From: Candidatus Omnitrophota bacterium | GTDB lineage: Bacteria; Omnitrophota; Gorgyraeia; Duberdicusellales; 4484-171 | Assembly (NCBI GenBank): GCA_028692655.1 | Contig: JAQUWY010000001.1 | Coordinates: 24,116 to 88,115 of the forward strand | Direction of reading: 5' to 3' | DNA length: 64,000 bases | Shown here: piece by piece, positions 37,501 through 45,423 of the stretch | Numbering within the stretch: position 1 is the first letter of the stretch | Layout: the number at the start of each line of letters is the position of its first letter | Made by a program: the position numbers and the translations under genes | Notes under the pieces: generated by a model | The model's input: only the letters and a program-made list of their open reading frames with translations | What the model was told of the DNA's origin: nothing | Databases searched by the model: none

Positions 37501-37805
37501 CTCCCCGGGTAGGGCTCGAACCTACGACCTATTGGTTACGATCTGACTCACATTACTGTGAGAGTCGGACTATCCCTTTACCATGACTGAACAACTTACC
37601 CCTTATTTTATTCGGGATAAAACTTCGCTTCGTTCAGTTTTAGGTAGCGAGTGTCTAGTCTCTGCACCTTCCCTTTTGGGGCTTGGCTCAGGATTGCCCT
37701 TCGCTTGAAGGGTTTCCCTGAATTTACTCGCTGTTTCAATCTCAATTTCTTGAGAAAGCTGCTAACCTTAACAGCCAACCGCTCTACCAATTGAGCTACC
37801 GGGGA
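37501..37805 (-). tRNA. tRNA-Asn (anticodon GUU) interrupted by a group I intron in the anticodon loop
   Basis: Minus-strand exons. 5' exon (37805..37771): TCCCCGG-TA-GCTC-AATTGGTA-GAGC-G-GTTGG-CTGT. 3' exon (37538..37501): TAA-CCAAT-AGGTC-GTAGG-TTCGAGC-CCTAC-CCGGGGA-G. Spliced product is a 73-nt cloverleaf with anticodon loop CUGUUAA. Confidence 0.7.
37539..37770 (-). ncRNA. group I self-splicing intron (cyanobacterial/plastid tRNA-intron-like), 232 nt
   Basis: Intron begins after exon U. Ends in omega-G (...GAGUCAGAUCG). Core AAAUUCAGGGAAACCCUUCAAGCGAAGGGCAAUCCUGAGCCAAGCC plus P7-like GCAGAGACUAGACACUCGC strongly resemble the tRNA-Leu(UAA)-type group I intron core (GGGCAAUCCUGAGCCAA). Confidence 0.7.
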
Positions 37806-38040
37806 ATAAATTATCTAAGAACTTTCTTCCTTGACCAGACTTGAGAAATTTCTCTCTTTGCTTGGCCTCTTTTATATTAGAGAATTCTTCGTAATGCAAT
37901 AAATCAAATGGACGATTCAACCTTGTCCAGCGTGTATTTCCCGAGTTATGTTCTTTTAAGCGAATCCTCACATTCTTTGATGTGTAGCCTACGTATCTTT
38001 TACCATTATGTTTGCTTTTTAATACATAAATAAATGGCAT
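37768..38040 (-). CDS. GIY-YIG nuclease domain protein (YhbQ/UPF0213-like)
   Basis: FIYVLKSKHNGKRYVGYTSKNVRIRLKEHNSG matches the GIY...YIG...R...E...N core. Same strand as the intron-containing tRNA and directly 5' of it. The ORF's last ~38 nt overlap the tRNA 5' exon, so the true C-terminus is uncertain. Confidence 0.55.
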   Translation of the reverse strand: MPFIYVLKSKHNGKRYVGYTSKNVRIRLKEHNSGNTRWTRLNRPFDLLHYEEFSNIKEAKQREKFLKSGQGRKFLDNLFPGSSIGRAVGC

Positions 38041-38323
38041 AAGCGCTGCCTATTTAGAGCTTCCGCCAGAGGCGGATCAGCCTATGGCTGAACCGGGGAA
38101 TTCAATGAAACCGTGATTTTTAAGTATCTAGTAAAAATCGCTTGGTTGAATTAATTCCGACTGCTATCGGGAAAACTTGCTTAAAAGAGCACTAATCTGT
38201 GTAATCTTTTTCGAATCGGTGTAATCGAATATCTCATTAAGACTGCTAATTATAGCGTATTTGATAAAAAGCGTCAAGATTTTGATTTTTGTGGCCTAAA
38301 CCTGAGGAAAAGCTCTAGGAAAA

Positions 38324-38488
38324 CAGGAGAAAATTTACAAGAGAGAGTACAAAAATATCTCCTTGTAAATATTTAAAGAAAGTACTATAATTCCTTTTGT
38401 TACGGTTAAACGGATATCTATGCATTGGCAATATACCCAAATTATTTAAGTAAATCAAAGCGCTAGGAACACCTAGCGCTTTTTTTTG
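38324..38488 (+). repeat. promoter-leader-terminator module, copy A (candidate small RNA or attenuated leader)
   Basis: 126 nt identical to 41537-41662. Contains a perfect sigma70 promoter ttgtaa-17-tataat. Ends in hairpin gcgctagg...cctagcgc plus a T8 tract. Lies upstream of lipoprotein gene 38551. Confidence 0.6.
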
Positions 38489-38550
38489 TTTTTGGTGAGC
38501 TGATAAGCTAATCTTGTCTTTTCTTTTTACAATCAAGAATTTGGCTGAAA

Positions 38551-39099
38551 ATGAGAAATATTTTTATAGTTTTGCTTATCACGGTTTCATTAATAACATC
38601 AGGATGTACAGTACTTTTAGTTGGTGCCGCTGTGGGCTTAACAGCTCTAGCTGTAAAGAAAATGGCTTCCAATCCTTACGATTTAACAGAAGAGGAAAGA
38701 AAAAAAACAGAATATCGTGAAATAAAGGGAAACGAAAAAGATGTATTGTGTGCTGCGAAACAAGCATTAAAGAATATGGGATACGCAGTAAAAGAGACGT
38801 CAGTTGGGCAAATCAAGAATGTTGAACAATATAGGCAAGGAACGAATATAAGTTTTGGAAAAAGAGATGAAATTGCGACAAATAATAGAGTTGTGAAGAA
38901 GGGAAAAGACTTTTCGGAGGGGCTGATTGTTGGTGTCAGGCATGATCCATTTTTGCAGATAACGGCTGTTGTTAAAAAAACAGTGGCAGACCACGTCGGA
39001 TTGAGATTAATCGCTGAGAATGAGGAAGGGATAGTGGAAAACAAGCGGCTATATGAAGTATTGTTTGATAAAATTATGGAAGAGTTAAGAGAAACGTAA
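38551..39099 (+). CDS. hypothetical lipoprotein
   Basis: Lipobox LITSGC at residues 13-18. 182 aa. Confidence 0.5.
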   Translation: MRNIFIVLLITVSLITSGCTVLLVGAAVGLTALAVKKMASNPYDLTEEERKKTEYREIKGNEKDVLCAAKQALKNMGYAVKETSVGQIKNVEQYRQGTNISFGKRDEIATNNRVVKKGKDFSEGLIVGVRHDPFLQITAVVKKTVADHVGLRLIAENEEGIVENKRLYEVLFDKIMEELRET

Positions 39100-39101
39100 G
39101 A

Positions 39102-40430
39102 ATGGAGGCTGGCGTGACGAAAAAATCAGTTAAATTAATTTTGATAGTTTTGTTGTCAATGTCGTTGTTTGGTTGTGCTAGAGCGGTTAGAATCAAAAAT
39201 ATAACTAGAATGCCGGTAATTGTGCCCAAAAGCCAAGAAACAAAACCTGTAATGTTAAAAAAGGTTGTTATAAAGCTTAGCAGAGGCCAATTTATTGGAA
39301 GTGTTCAAGCTGGGATGTTTTGCATACCTCAAGCGCAGTTATTTTACAGACGTGGTAGATACAATGTGCCTGATGAAGAATATACCGAAATTTTGAATGA
39401 AGAGCTTGAAAAAAATGGATATACTGTTGTCGGGGACCCCACATCTCTTTGGGATGATGAAGAAGGTGATTGTGCAAATTTCCTAATAGGTGCACTCATA
39501 ACAGACATAAAGGCAAATGTATGTTATCCGAATTTAGGCTGGGGAGATTTCTTAACATCAAGTGGTGAAGCATATATGGAAATTGAGTGGCAAATTTATA
39601 GCCGTTTAACGCGAGATGTGGTGTTACGATTTAAGACAGAAGGAAGTTCAAAAACAAAAAATATGGAATATGGAAGTGATGAAGCGTTCTATCAAGCCTT
39701 TTCTGTGGCCACTAATAATATGCTAGCAGATAGAAACTTTTTTCAATTAGTTGCTTTACATCAGGATATTGGAGAGAAGGTAGATAAGAAAGAGTTAAAG
39801 CCTATACAGGTTAGTTATAAAAAAATGAATGAAAAGAATATCGGAGACTTTTCCGACAAGAACATGATTAAAAAAGCTAGAAATGCTGCCGTTACAATTT
39901 TTGCTGGGGATGGATGGGGATCTGGATTTTTAATATCCAATGATGGATACATTTTAACCAATGCGCATGTTGTGGGTGGTGCTAATTTTGTTCAGGTTAA
40001 GCTAGTTACTGGATCAGAAAGAACCGGTGAAGTTATTCGTAAAGACAAGAGAAGAGATGTTGCCCTCGTGAAGCTAGAAGCTGACCTATACCCGTATATT
40101 GTTTTGAGCGACAGCTCTCTTTTATCAATTAGCGATGAAGTTTTCGCTATTGGTACACCTAAGAAAGAAAAATATTCTAATACTGTTTCCAAGGGTATCG
40201 TTAGTAGCTTTCGAGTCGATGAAGGTATCAGATATATACAAAGTGATGTTACTGTACATCCAGGTAATTCAGGTGGTCCTCTAATTTCAGAAAAAAGTGG
40301 GGCTGTTGGAATAACGGTACAGGCATATCCCATTATTGCTGCTGGCAGGGACAGAGTTGGAATTGGTTTGAATTATTTTATTCCTGTCGAGGAAGCTTTA
40401 GACATATTGAAAATTAAAAAAGCAGAATAG
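39102..40430 (+). CDS. trypsin-like serine protease (S1 family) lipoprotein with ~230-aa N-terminal domain
   Basis: Lipobox LFGCARA. Catalytic-triad contexts TNAHVV (His), RDVAL (Asp) and GNSGGPL (Ser). Confidence 0.75.
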   Translation: MEAGVTKKSVKLILIVLLSMSLFGCARAVRIKNITRMPVIVPKSQETKPVMLKKVVIKLSRGQFIGSVQAGMFCIPQAQLFYRRGRYNVPDEEYTEILNEELEKNGYTVVGDPTSLWDDEEGDCANFLIGALITDIKANVCYPNLGWGDFLTSSGEAYMEIEWQIYSRLTRDVVLRFKTEGSSKTKNMEYGSDEAFYQAFSVATNNMLADRNFFQLVALHQDIGEKVDKKELKPIQVSYKKMNEKNIGDFSDKNMIKKARNAAVTIFAGDGWGSGFLISNDGYILTNAHVVGGANFVQVKLVTGSERTGEVIRKDKRRDVALVKLEADLYPYIVLSDSSLLSISDEVFAIGTPKKEKYSNTVSKGIVSSFRVDEGIRYIQSDVTVHPGNSGGPLISEKSGAVGITVQAYPIIAAGRDRVGIGLNYFIPVEEALDILKIKKAE

Positions 40431-40456
40431 AGACTCTTAATAATAAAAGGGACATA

Positions 40457-41530
40457 AAAGGGACGGAGTTAACTTAATAACTTATGGACATAGTTAATAC
40501 TTTCTGTAAAATGATTATATGCCAAGAAACAAACGATTAAACGTTATTGGCGGTGTATATCATGTATTTACTCGGGGAATAGAGCGTAAAGAGATATTTA
40601 AAGATTCAACCGACCGTGAAGAATTCTTATCCCGCCTTGCTGATACGCTAGATAAAACAAAATCAACCTGTTATGCCTGGGCATTGATGCCTAATCATGT
40701 TCATATTATGCTTCGTCCTGGCAAGAGAACCTTAACTGATATAGCCCGAAGAATATTCACCGGCTATGCTGTATATTTCAACATCAGACATAAACGTAGA
40801 GGGTATCTTTACCAGAACCGATATAAATCAATTCTTTGCCAAGAGGACATATATTTTGAAGAACTTATAAGATATATCCACTTAAACCCTTTAAAAGCTA
40901 AAATAGTATCAACAATCAGCCAATTAGATAAATACCCTTGGACTGGTCATTTTACAATAATGAGTAGTAAAAATTGTCCTTGGCAGAATATAGATGAAGT
41001 ATTGCTTCGCTTTTCGAAGAAAAAGGGAAAAGCGGTAGCTGCCTACAGAGATTTTATAAAAGAAGGCGTAGGCAAAAAGTCTATGGTAGACTTTTTAGGT
41101 GGCGGATTGATAAGAAGTGCCGGCGGCTGGAGCGAACTTGCTGCCATGAGGCGTAAAAAAGATTATTGGCGGGGAGACGAGAGAATACTAGGGGGCGATT
41201 CATTTGTTAATCAGGTATTGAATGAATACGAGGAGAAAATGGATCAAAAAGATAAGCTAAGGAGAGCGGGCTGGGATTTAACTAAGGTAATCCATAAGGT
41301 ATGTTGCGAATTGGCCATAAGTGAGGAAGACATCTACAAAAAAGGCAGAAACAATATATACTCAGAAGCCAAAGCCTTGATTTGTTACCTTGCCAATAAA
41401 AAGCTCGGTATCAGCGGAGCCCAAATAGCCAAAAGGCTTAGAATATCTCAACCGGCGGTAGCCAAGTATATGATTAAAGAGATTGTGAGGGAGAGGGGAA
41501 ATAAGTTATTAAGTTAACTCCGTCCCCTCC
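40457..41530 (+). mobile_element. IS element with ~25-bp terminal inverted repeats carrying an IS200-like (HUH/Y1) transposase gene
   Basis: Left end aagggacggagttaacttaataactta (40457-40483). Right end taagttattaagttaactccgtccc (41503-41527), a perfect inverted copy. Single ORF between them. Confidence 0.6.
40519..41517 (+). CDS. IS200-like / REP-associated tyrosine (HUH) transposase with C-terminal DnaA-domain-IV-like HTH
   Basis: GVYHVFTRG. HUH motif NHVHIML. YLYQNRY catalytic Tyr region. C-terminal ...AKALICYLANKKLGISGAQIAKRLRISQPAV resembles a DnaA C-terminal HTH. Confidence 0.7.
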   Translation: MPRNKRLNVIGGVYHVFTRGIERKEIFKDSTDREEFLSRLADTLDKTKSTCYAWALMPNHVHIMLRPGKRTLTDIARRIFTGYAVYFNIRHKRRGYLYQNRYKSILCQEDIYFEELIRYIHLNPLKAKIVSTISQLDKYPWTGHFTIMSSKNCPWQNIDEVLLRFSKKKGKAVAAYRDFIKEGVGKKSMVDFLGGGLIRSAGGWSELAAMRRKKDYWRGDERILGGDSFVNQVLNEYEEKMDQKDKLRRAGWDLTKVIHKVCCELAISEEDIYKKGRNNIYSEAKALICYLANKKLGISGAQIAKRLRISQPAVAKYMIKEIVRERGNKLLS

Positions 41531-41536
41531 TCCTCA

Positions 41537-41699
41537 CAGGAGAAAATTTACAAGAGAGAGTACAAAAATATCTCCTTGTAAATATTTAAAGAAAGTACTA
41601 TAATTCCTTTTGTTACGGTTAAACGGATATCTATGCATTGGCAATATACCCAAATTATTTAAAGAATTTAAAGCGCTAGGTGCCCCTAGCGCTTTTTTT
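41537..41699 (+). repeat. promoter-leader-terminator module, copy B
   Basis: Same 126-nt sequence as copy A, then a variant terminator hairpin gcgctagg-tgcc-cctagcgc plus a T tract. Lies upstream of lipoprotein operon 41750. Confidence 0.6.
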
Positions 41700-41749
41700 G
41701 CTTCGAGGTACTTTTTAAGGTTTTTTTATAGACATTAAAAGGAGGCAGG

Positions 41750-42154
41750 ATGAAGATATTCTATATAACTTTTGTTGCTCTAATGATTTTTAGTGGCTGT
41801 GCATCTGCTAGCAAGCATAGGCAGAATGTCCAAGATGATACCGGAGAGCGCATAACGGTTGGAAAGGTTCAACGAGAAATACGCGTAGGCATGCCATCAG
41901 CTCAGGTTGCTGAAATTCTGGGATCTCCAAATGTTGTGAGTACCGATGAAGAGAGGCGAGAAGTTTGGCTTTACGACAAAATTTCTACTGATGTCAGTTA
42001 TTCAAAAAGTGAAGCTGGCGCAGGACTCCTAATTATTGGCGGTAGTGGGGCTTCAGGAGCGCAATCAACATCACAGAGGACTCTGACAGTTATAATAAAA
42101 TTCGATAAAGATAATAAGGTTCGTGACTTTGCATATCATACATCACGATTTTAA
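41750..42154 (+). CDS. lipoprotein with BamE/SmpA-OmlA-like domain
   Basis: Lipobox IFSGCASA. GMPSAQVAEILGSPN resembles the BamE motif (GMT..QV...LGTP). Confidence 0.45.
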   Translation: MKIFYITFVALMIFSGCASASKHRQNVQDDTGERITVGKVQREIRVGMPSAQVAEILGSPNVVSTDEERREVWLYDKISTDVSYSKSEAGAGLLIIGGSGASGAQSTSQRTLTVIIKFDKDNKVRDFAYHTSRF

Positions 42155-42158
42155 AATA

Positions 42159-42713
42159 ATGTTGTTACGTGTCTCAAAATTACTCCCGTTAATTATTATC
42201 AGTTGTTTTTTGTCCGGGTGTGTTAGTGCTCCAAAAGGTTTTCTAAAGTTTCCTGAAACATATCTTGAAAAGCGGCAATTGCAAATACGGCAATATGATA
42301 CAACAGATGAAGAAAAAATTATTATTTCTGTAGCAGGAGTTTTGCAAGATTTAGGATTTATGCTTGATGATAGCGAAACAGAAGTGGGTTTGGTGGTTGC
42401 TTCAAAAAAAGCTGATGCTACTGACGGTGGGCAAATTGCAACTGCTTTTTTTATCGACTTGCTAGCCGCGTTGGGTGGTTCGTATTCAAACGCATCAGCC
42501 AATGTTGATGCTGTACAGCATGTTAAAGCCTCTGTAATTGTTAAACCTAGCCTTGAAGGTGGCAGAACTGTTGTTCGTGTGACTTTTCAGCGTATTGTTT
42601 GGAATGTCAGCAATAAAATTAATAGAGTGGAAACTGTAGACGAACCCGAGATTTACCAGAAGTTTTTTGATAGTCTATCAAAATCGATATTTTTGGAGGC
42701 ACATTCAATATGA
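42159..42713 (+). CDS. hypothetical lipoprotein (paralog family with 42710..43138)
   Basis: Lipobox FLSGCVSAP. Shares DTTDEE...QDLGF...YQKFFDSLSKSIFLEAH with the next ORF. Confidence 0.45.
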   Translation: MLLRVSKLLPLIIISCFLSGCVSAPKGFLKFPETYLEKRQLQIRQYDTTDEEKIIISVAGVLQDLGFMLDDSETEVGLVVASKKADATDGGQIATAFFIDLLAALGGSYSNASANVDAVQHVKASVIVKPSLEGGRTVVRVTFQRIVWNVSNKINRVETVDEPEIYQKFFDSLSKSIFLEAHSI

Positions 42714-43138
42714 ATAGACAGAGTAAAAAAATGTTTTTTACAATATTCTTAGTTGTTTTTCTTGCAGGTTGCGCTTCGACTTCACAAAAGGCATTTGTGA
42801 CTAACGAGAGCCAGGTTATGCTGAGAAGTATGCAGACGAGGGCATTTGATACAACAAATAAAAAAGCGATGATGCAAACAGTTATTAGCACAATGCAGGA
42901 TTTAGAATTTGTTATTGATAAAGCAGATTTTATGCTTGGGTCGGTGACCGGTACAAAATTTTTAGGATATGCCGTTATAAAAATGACAGTAACGATTAGG
43001 CCTCGAGGAAAGACTCAATTATTAGTAAGAGCAAACGCTCAGCATGGGATAAATTCTATTAATGATGCCGAAACCTATCAAGATTTCTTTACCGCTTTAG
43101 GAAAGTCATTATTTCTTACAGCTCACCAAGTGGATTAG
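42710..43138 (+). CDS. hypothetical lipoprotein (paralog of 42159..42713)
   Basis: Lipobox FLAGCAST. C-terminal YQDFFTALGKSLFLTAH. Overlaps the upstream stop. Confidence 0.45.
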   Translation: MNRQSKKMFFTIFLVVFLAGCASTSQKAFVTNESQVMLRSMQTRAFDTTNKKAMMQTVISTMQDLEFVIDKADFMLGSVTGTKFLGYAVIKMTVTIRPRGKTQLLVRANAQHGINSINDAETYQDFFTALGKSLFLTAHQVD

Positions 43139-43184
43139 ATGTTTTTACAACCGATAGAATTCAGGAGGGCAGAGTACTTATTTC

Positions 43185-43212
43185 GAATTAAGTAATACGT
43201 CCCCTCCTCCAA
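43185..43212 (+). repeat. possible solo IS-end remnant
   Basis: gaattaagtaatacgtcccctcctcc shares cgtcccctcctcc plus a taagt(a/t)a prefix with the right end of the IS at 41503-41536. Confidence 0.3.
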
Positions 43213-43392
43213 CGGATTAACGATTTTAAAATAAACATACCGGGGGTGCTCATTGTTGTTTGCGTGGCTTTTATCATTTTTGGCTTATCTTTACGGAGTA
43301 GTAAATTTATAAGTGTAAAAACTCAAAATAAGGTCATGGGTATTTTATCACTAGACAAAGAGAAGAATTAACTTCCTTTATAAATTAAGGAG

Positions 43393-44154
43393 GTGTTAAA
43401 ATGGCCGAAGGTGGCTTTTAGTGAGGTTTATGGATGGAGAGATATATATATGAATTACGGTATTCTATCGCACAGTGAAGCGAGGGCGTTTTTCAAAAAA
43501 GAAATAAATTCACAGAAATTGTGTAATGAATGTCGATCGGCAAGGTCAGAATTTCGTTTAAAGGATCAAAAATATAATTCTTCTTACAGCAATCTCCTTC
43601 CTGGCTTTTCAAGTTCTAAAGTAAAGATACCAATAGATGTATTAGTTATTGCTGAGGCCCATGGCGGCGGTCGAGAAAAGTGCTTTCGTAAACAGCTATC
43701 TCTGGAAAAAGAAGTTACTGAGATAGGTAATTATTATCGCAGTGACTCTATTGAGAAATTCCATCAATATGAAATGAGAAAATTGTTTAAACGATTAGAT
43801 CAAAAGGGAAAGAGCTGGATTTTTGCTGATTTAATACGTTGTTTTGTTTGGCAAGGAATAGACATAGCCGCTAATTTGGACGGCAGAATTAATGTTCAAA
43901 AAGCTATAGGCTACTGCCGGAAATATCTAGACAAAGAGATTGCTTTTTTGAAGCCTAAAAAAATAATTTGTTTAGGAAATAAAGTCGCCAGAGATTATTT
44001 TGGAATAGACGAAAGAATGATACACGGTATGGAGTATAAATACAATAGCAAAAATACTGAGTCCGTCGTTATCCGGTCGTACTTCCCAAGCAGAAATACA
44101 GCTGATATATGGGTGACGGTTGGAGGGTGGAAAGAAATTCTCGCTAAAATCTAA
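43393..44154 (+). CDS. hypothetical protein, possibly UDG-superfamily-like
   Basis: VLVIAEAHGGGRE resembles UDG motif A (GEAPG) and SYFPSRN resembles motif B (HPSP). CNECRS cysteine pair. Start uncertain: GTG at 43393 or ATG at 43450. Confidence 0.35.
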   Translation: MLKWPKVAFSEVYGWRDIYMNYGILSHSEARAFFKKEINSQKLCNECRSARSEFRLKDQKYNSSYSNLLPGFSSSKVKIPIDVLVIAEAHGGGREKCFRKQLSLEKEVTEIGNYYRSDSIEKFHQYEMRKLFKRLDQKGKSWIFADLIRCFVWQGIDIAANLDGRINVQKAIGYCRKYLDKEIAFLKPKKIICLGNKVARDYFGIDERMIHGMEYKYNSKNTESVVIRSYFPSRNTADIWVTVGGWKEILAKI

Positions 44155-44240
44155 TTCCTTGACAGAATTTCCGATCAGAGCTATATTAAAAGTAACAATT
44201 AGGCAAAAGTCCCGAGTTAGAGGATTAAATCCCGGACTTA

Positions 44241-44288
44241 AAAAAAGTAAAACCTTCACTGGAAACGGTGAGGGATTTTTTATTTTAT
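44241..44288 (+). terminator. intrinsic terminator, copy 1 of a 44-bp duplicated sequence
   Basis: aaaaaagtaaaaccttcactggaaacggtgagggattttttatttta. Repeated at 44893-44942. Confidence 0.55.
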
Positions 44289-44904
44289 GGAAATGAAACA
44301 AAAATATTGGTTATTTAATGTTTTGTTTTTATTGTTTTTTGCTAACGCAATAGCATCGGAAGTTAATCCTTCGGCAAAGCCTAAGATTTATGTTAGTACG
44401 CATAGAGGGATAGATTATTATCATATGAAATATACACTGACTCCCGATAATGTAGAATTAACCTTGCCTACTTATCATAAATATGGACCTAGCGAATATT
44501 TCTTTGAATATGGAAACTTTCAACTATTTATTCCCAAGGAAAAATTTCCCATCTCAGCGCCTAATTGCAACACGCATATTATTTTACGTATGCCTATGAC
44601 AATGGGCGATGTTTTTGCGAAAAGGTATTACACTTCTGAACAAGAGCGCTATATTGCAGAGAAAAGAGCTGTTTACGACAAAATTAAACAAATAAAGGAA
44701 TCAGGCAGGGGCGAGTTAGAGGTAGTGGTTGAGTTAAACCCGTATGTGAAAGTAAAGCAAGAGGAGCCGTTAGAGGTTGAATTAGAGTGGTGCAATGTTT
44801 TTTTCAGAGATGCTTATGGTCAATATATTGATTATGTGGGTCCGTTAAAATGGACAATTCCGCGGATAAATAAAAAGTTGTTTAAACGTCTTGAGAAAAA
44901 GTAA
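44287..44904 (+). CDS. hypothetical secreted protein
   Basis: 205 aa with signal peptide ending ANAIA|SE. Bounded on both sides by the duplicated terminator sequence. Confidence 0.4.
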   Translation: MEMKQKYWLFNVLFLLFFANAIASEVNPSAKPKIYVSTHRGIDYYHMKYTLTPDNVELTLPTYHKYGPSEYFFEYGNFQLFIPKEKFPISAPNCNTHIILRMPMTMGDVFAKRYYTSEQERYIAEKRAVYDKIKQIKESGRGELEVVVELNPYVKVKQEEPLEVELEWCNVFFRDAYGQYIDYVGPLKWTIPRINKKLFKRLEKK

Positions 44905-44942
44905 AACCTTCACTGGAAATGGTGAGGGATTTTTATTTTAAG
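44893..44942 (+). terminator. intrinsic terminator, copy 2 of the 44-bp duplicated sequence
   Basis: aaaaagtaaaaccttcactggaaatggtgagggatttttatttta. Its stop codon taa is embedded in the repeat. Confidence 0.55.
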
Positions 44943-44965
44943 AATACATAAAATAAAAGGGATAT

Positions 44966-45166
44966 ATGAAAATCAAAAAATGCAGAAAATGTGGAGGGGA
45001 TAATTTTATCATTCAGGAAACTATTCTTCACGAAGCTGCACTTTGCTTGGAAGATAAAGAATTGACTGTTTACAAGGAACGCACTGGAGGCATAGAAAAA
45101 ATAATATGCAAAAATTGTAATACAGATTACTCTGAGGAAGATTTTTCAAGAATAAACTTTCGGTAA
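44966..45166 (+). CDS. small zinc-ribbon protein
   Basis: 66 aa. CRKCGG...CKNCN. Confidence 0.3.
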   Translation: MKIKKCRKCGGDNFIIQETILHEAALCLEDKELTVYKERTGGIEKIICKNCNTDYSEEDFSRINFR

Positions 45167-45423
45167 TAAAGTTATTATAAAAAATAAGTACGTTTGTTTA
45201 CAGCAGGGTTTACACATATTCAGTTGCTAAAAAAGCGTGGTTGCCGGAGGAAAGATTTTATATATTGACACTGGATTTCAGTACATTAAGATAATCATAA
45301 TGCTTTGGGCAAGGAAGAGGAATCTATGCGTAAAAATAAGCAAAACCTTTGCAAAACAAGCGAAGGTTTTTGTATTTTTATAGGGGTAGTGAAAAAGTGA
45401 AAAATTTGGTATAATAACAACAT

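Noticed and set aside
37501-37805. tmRNA instead of intron-containing tRNA
   Set aside because: The 5' end is TCCCCGG, not the conserved GGGG...tmRNA start. The exons make a complete tRNA-Asn cloverleaf and the insert has a group I intron core.
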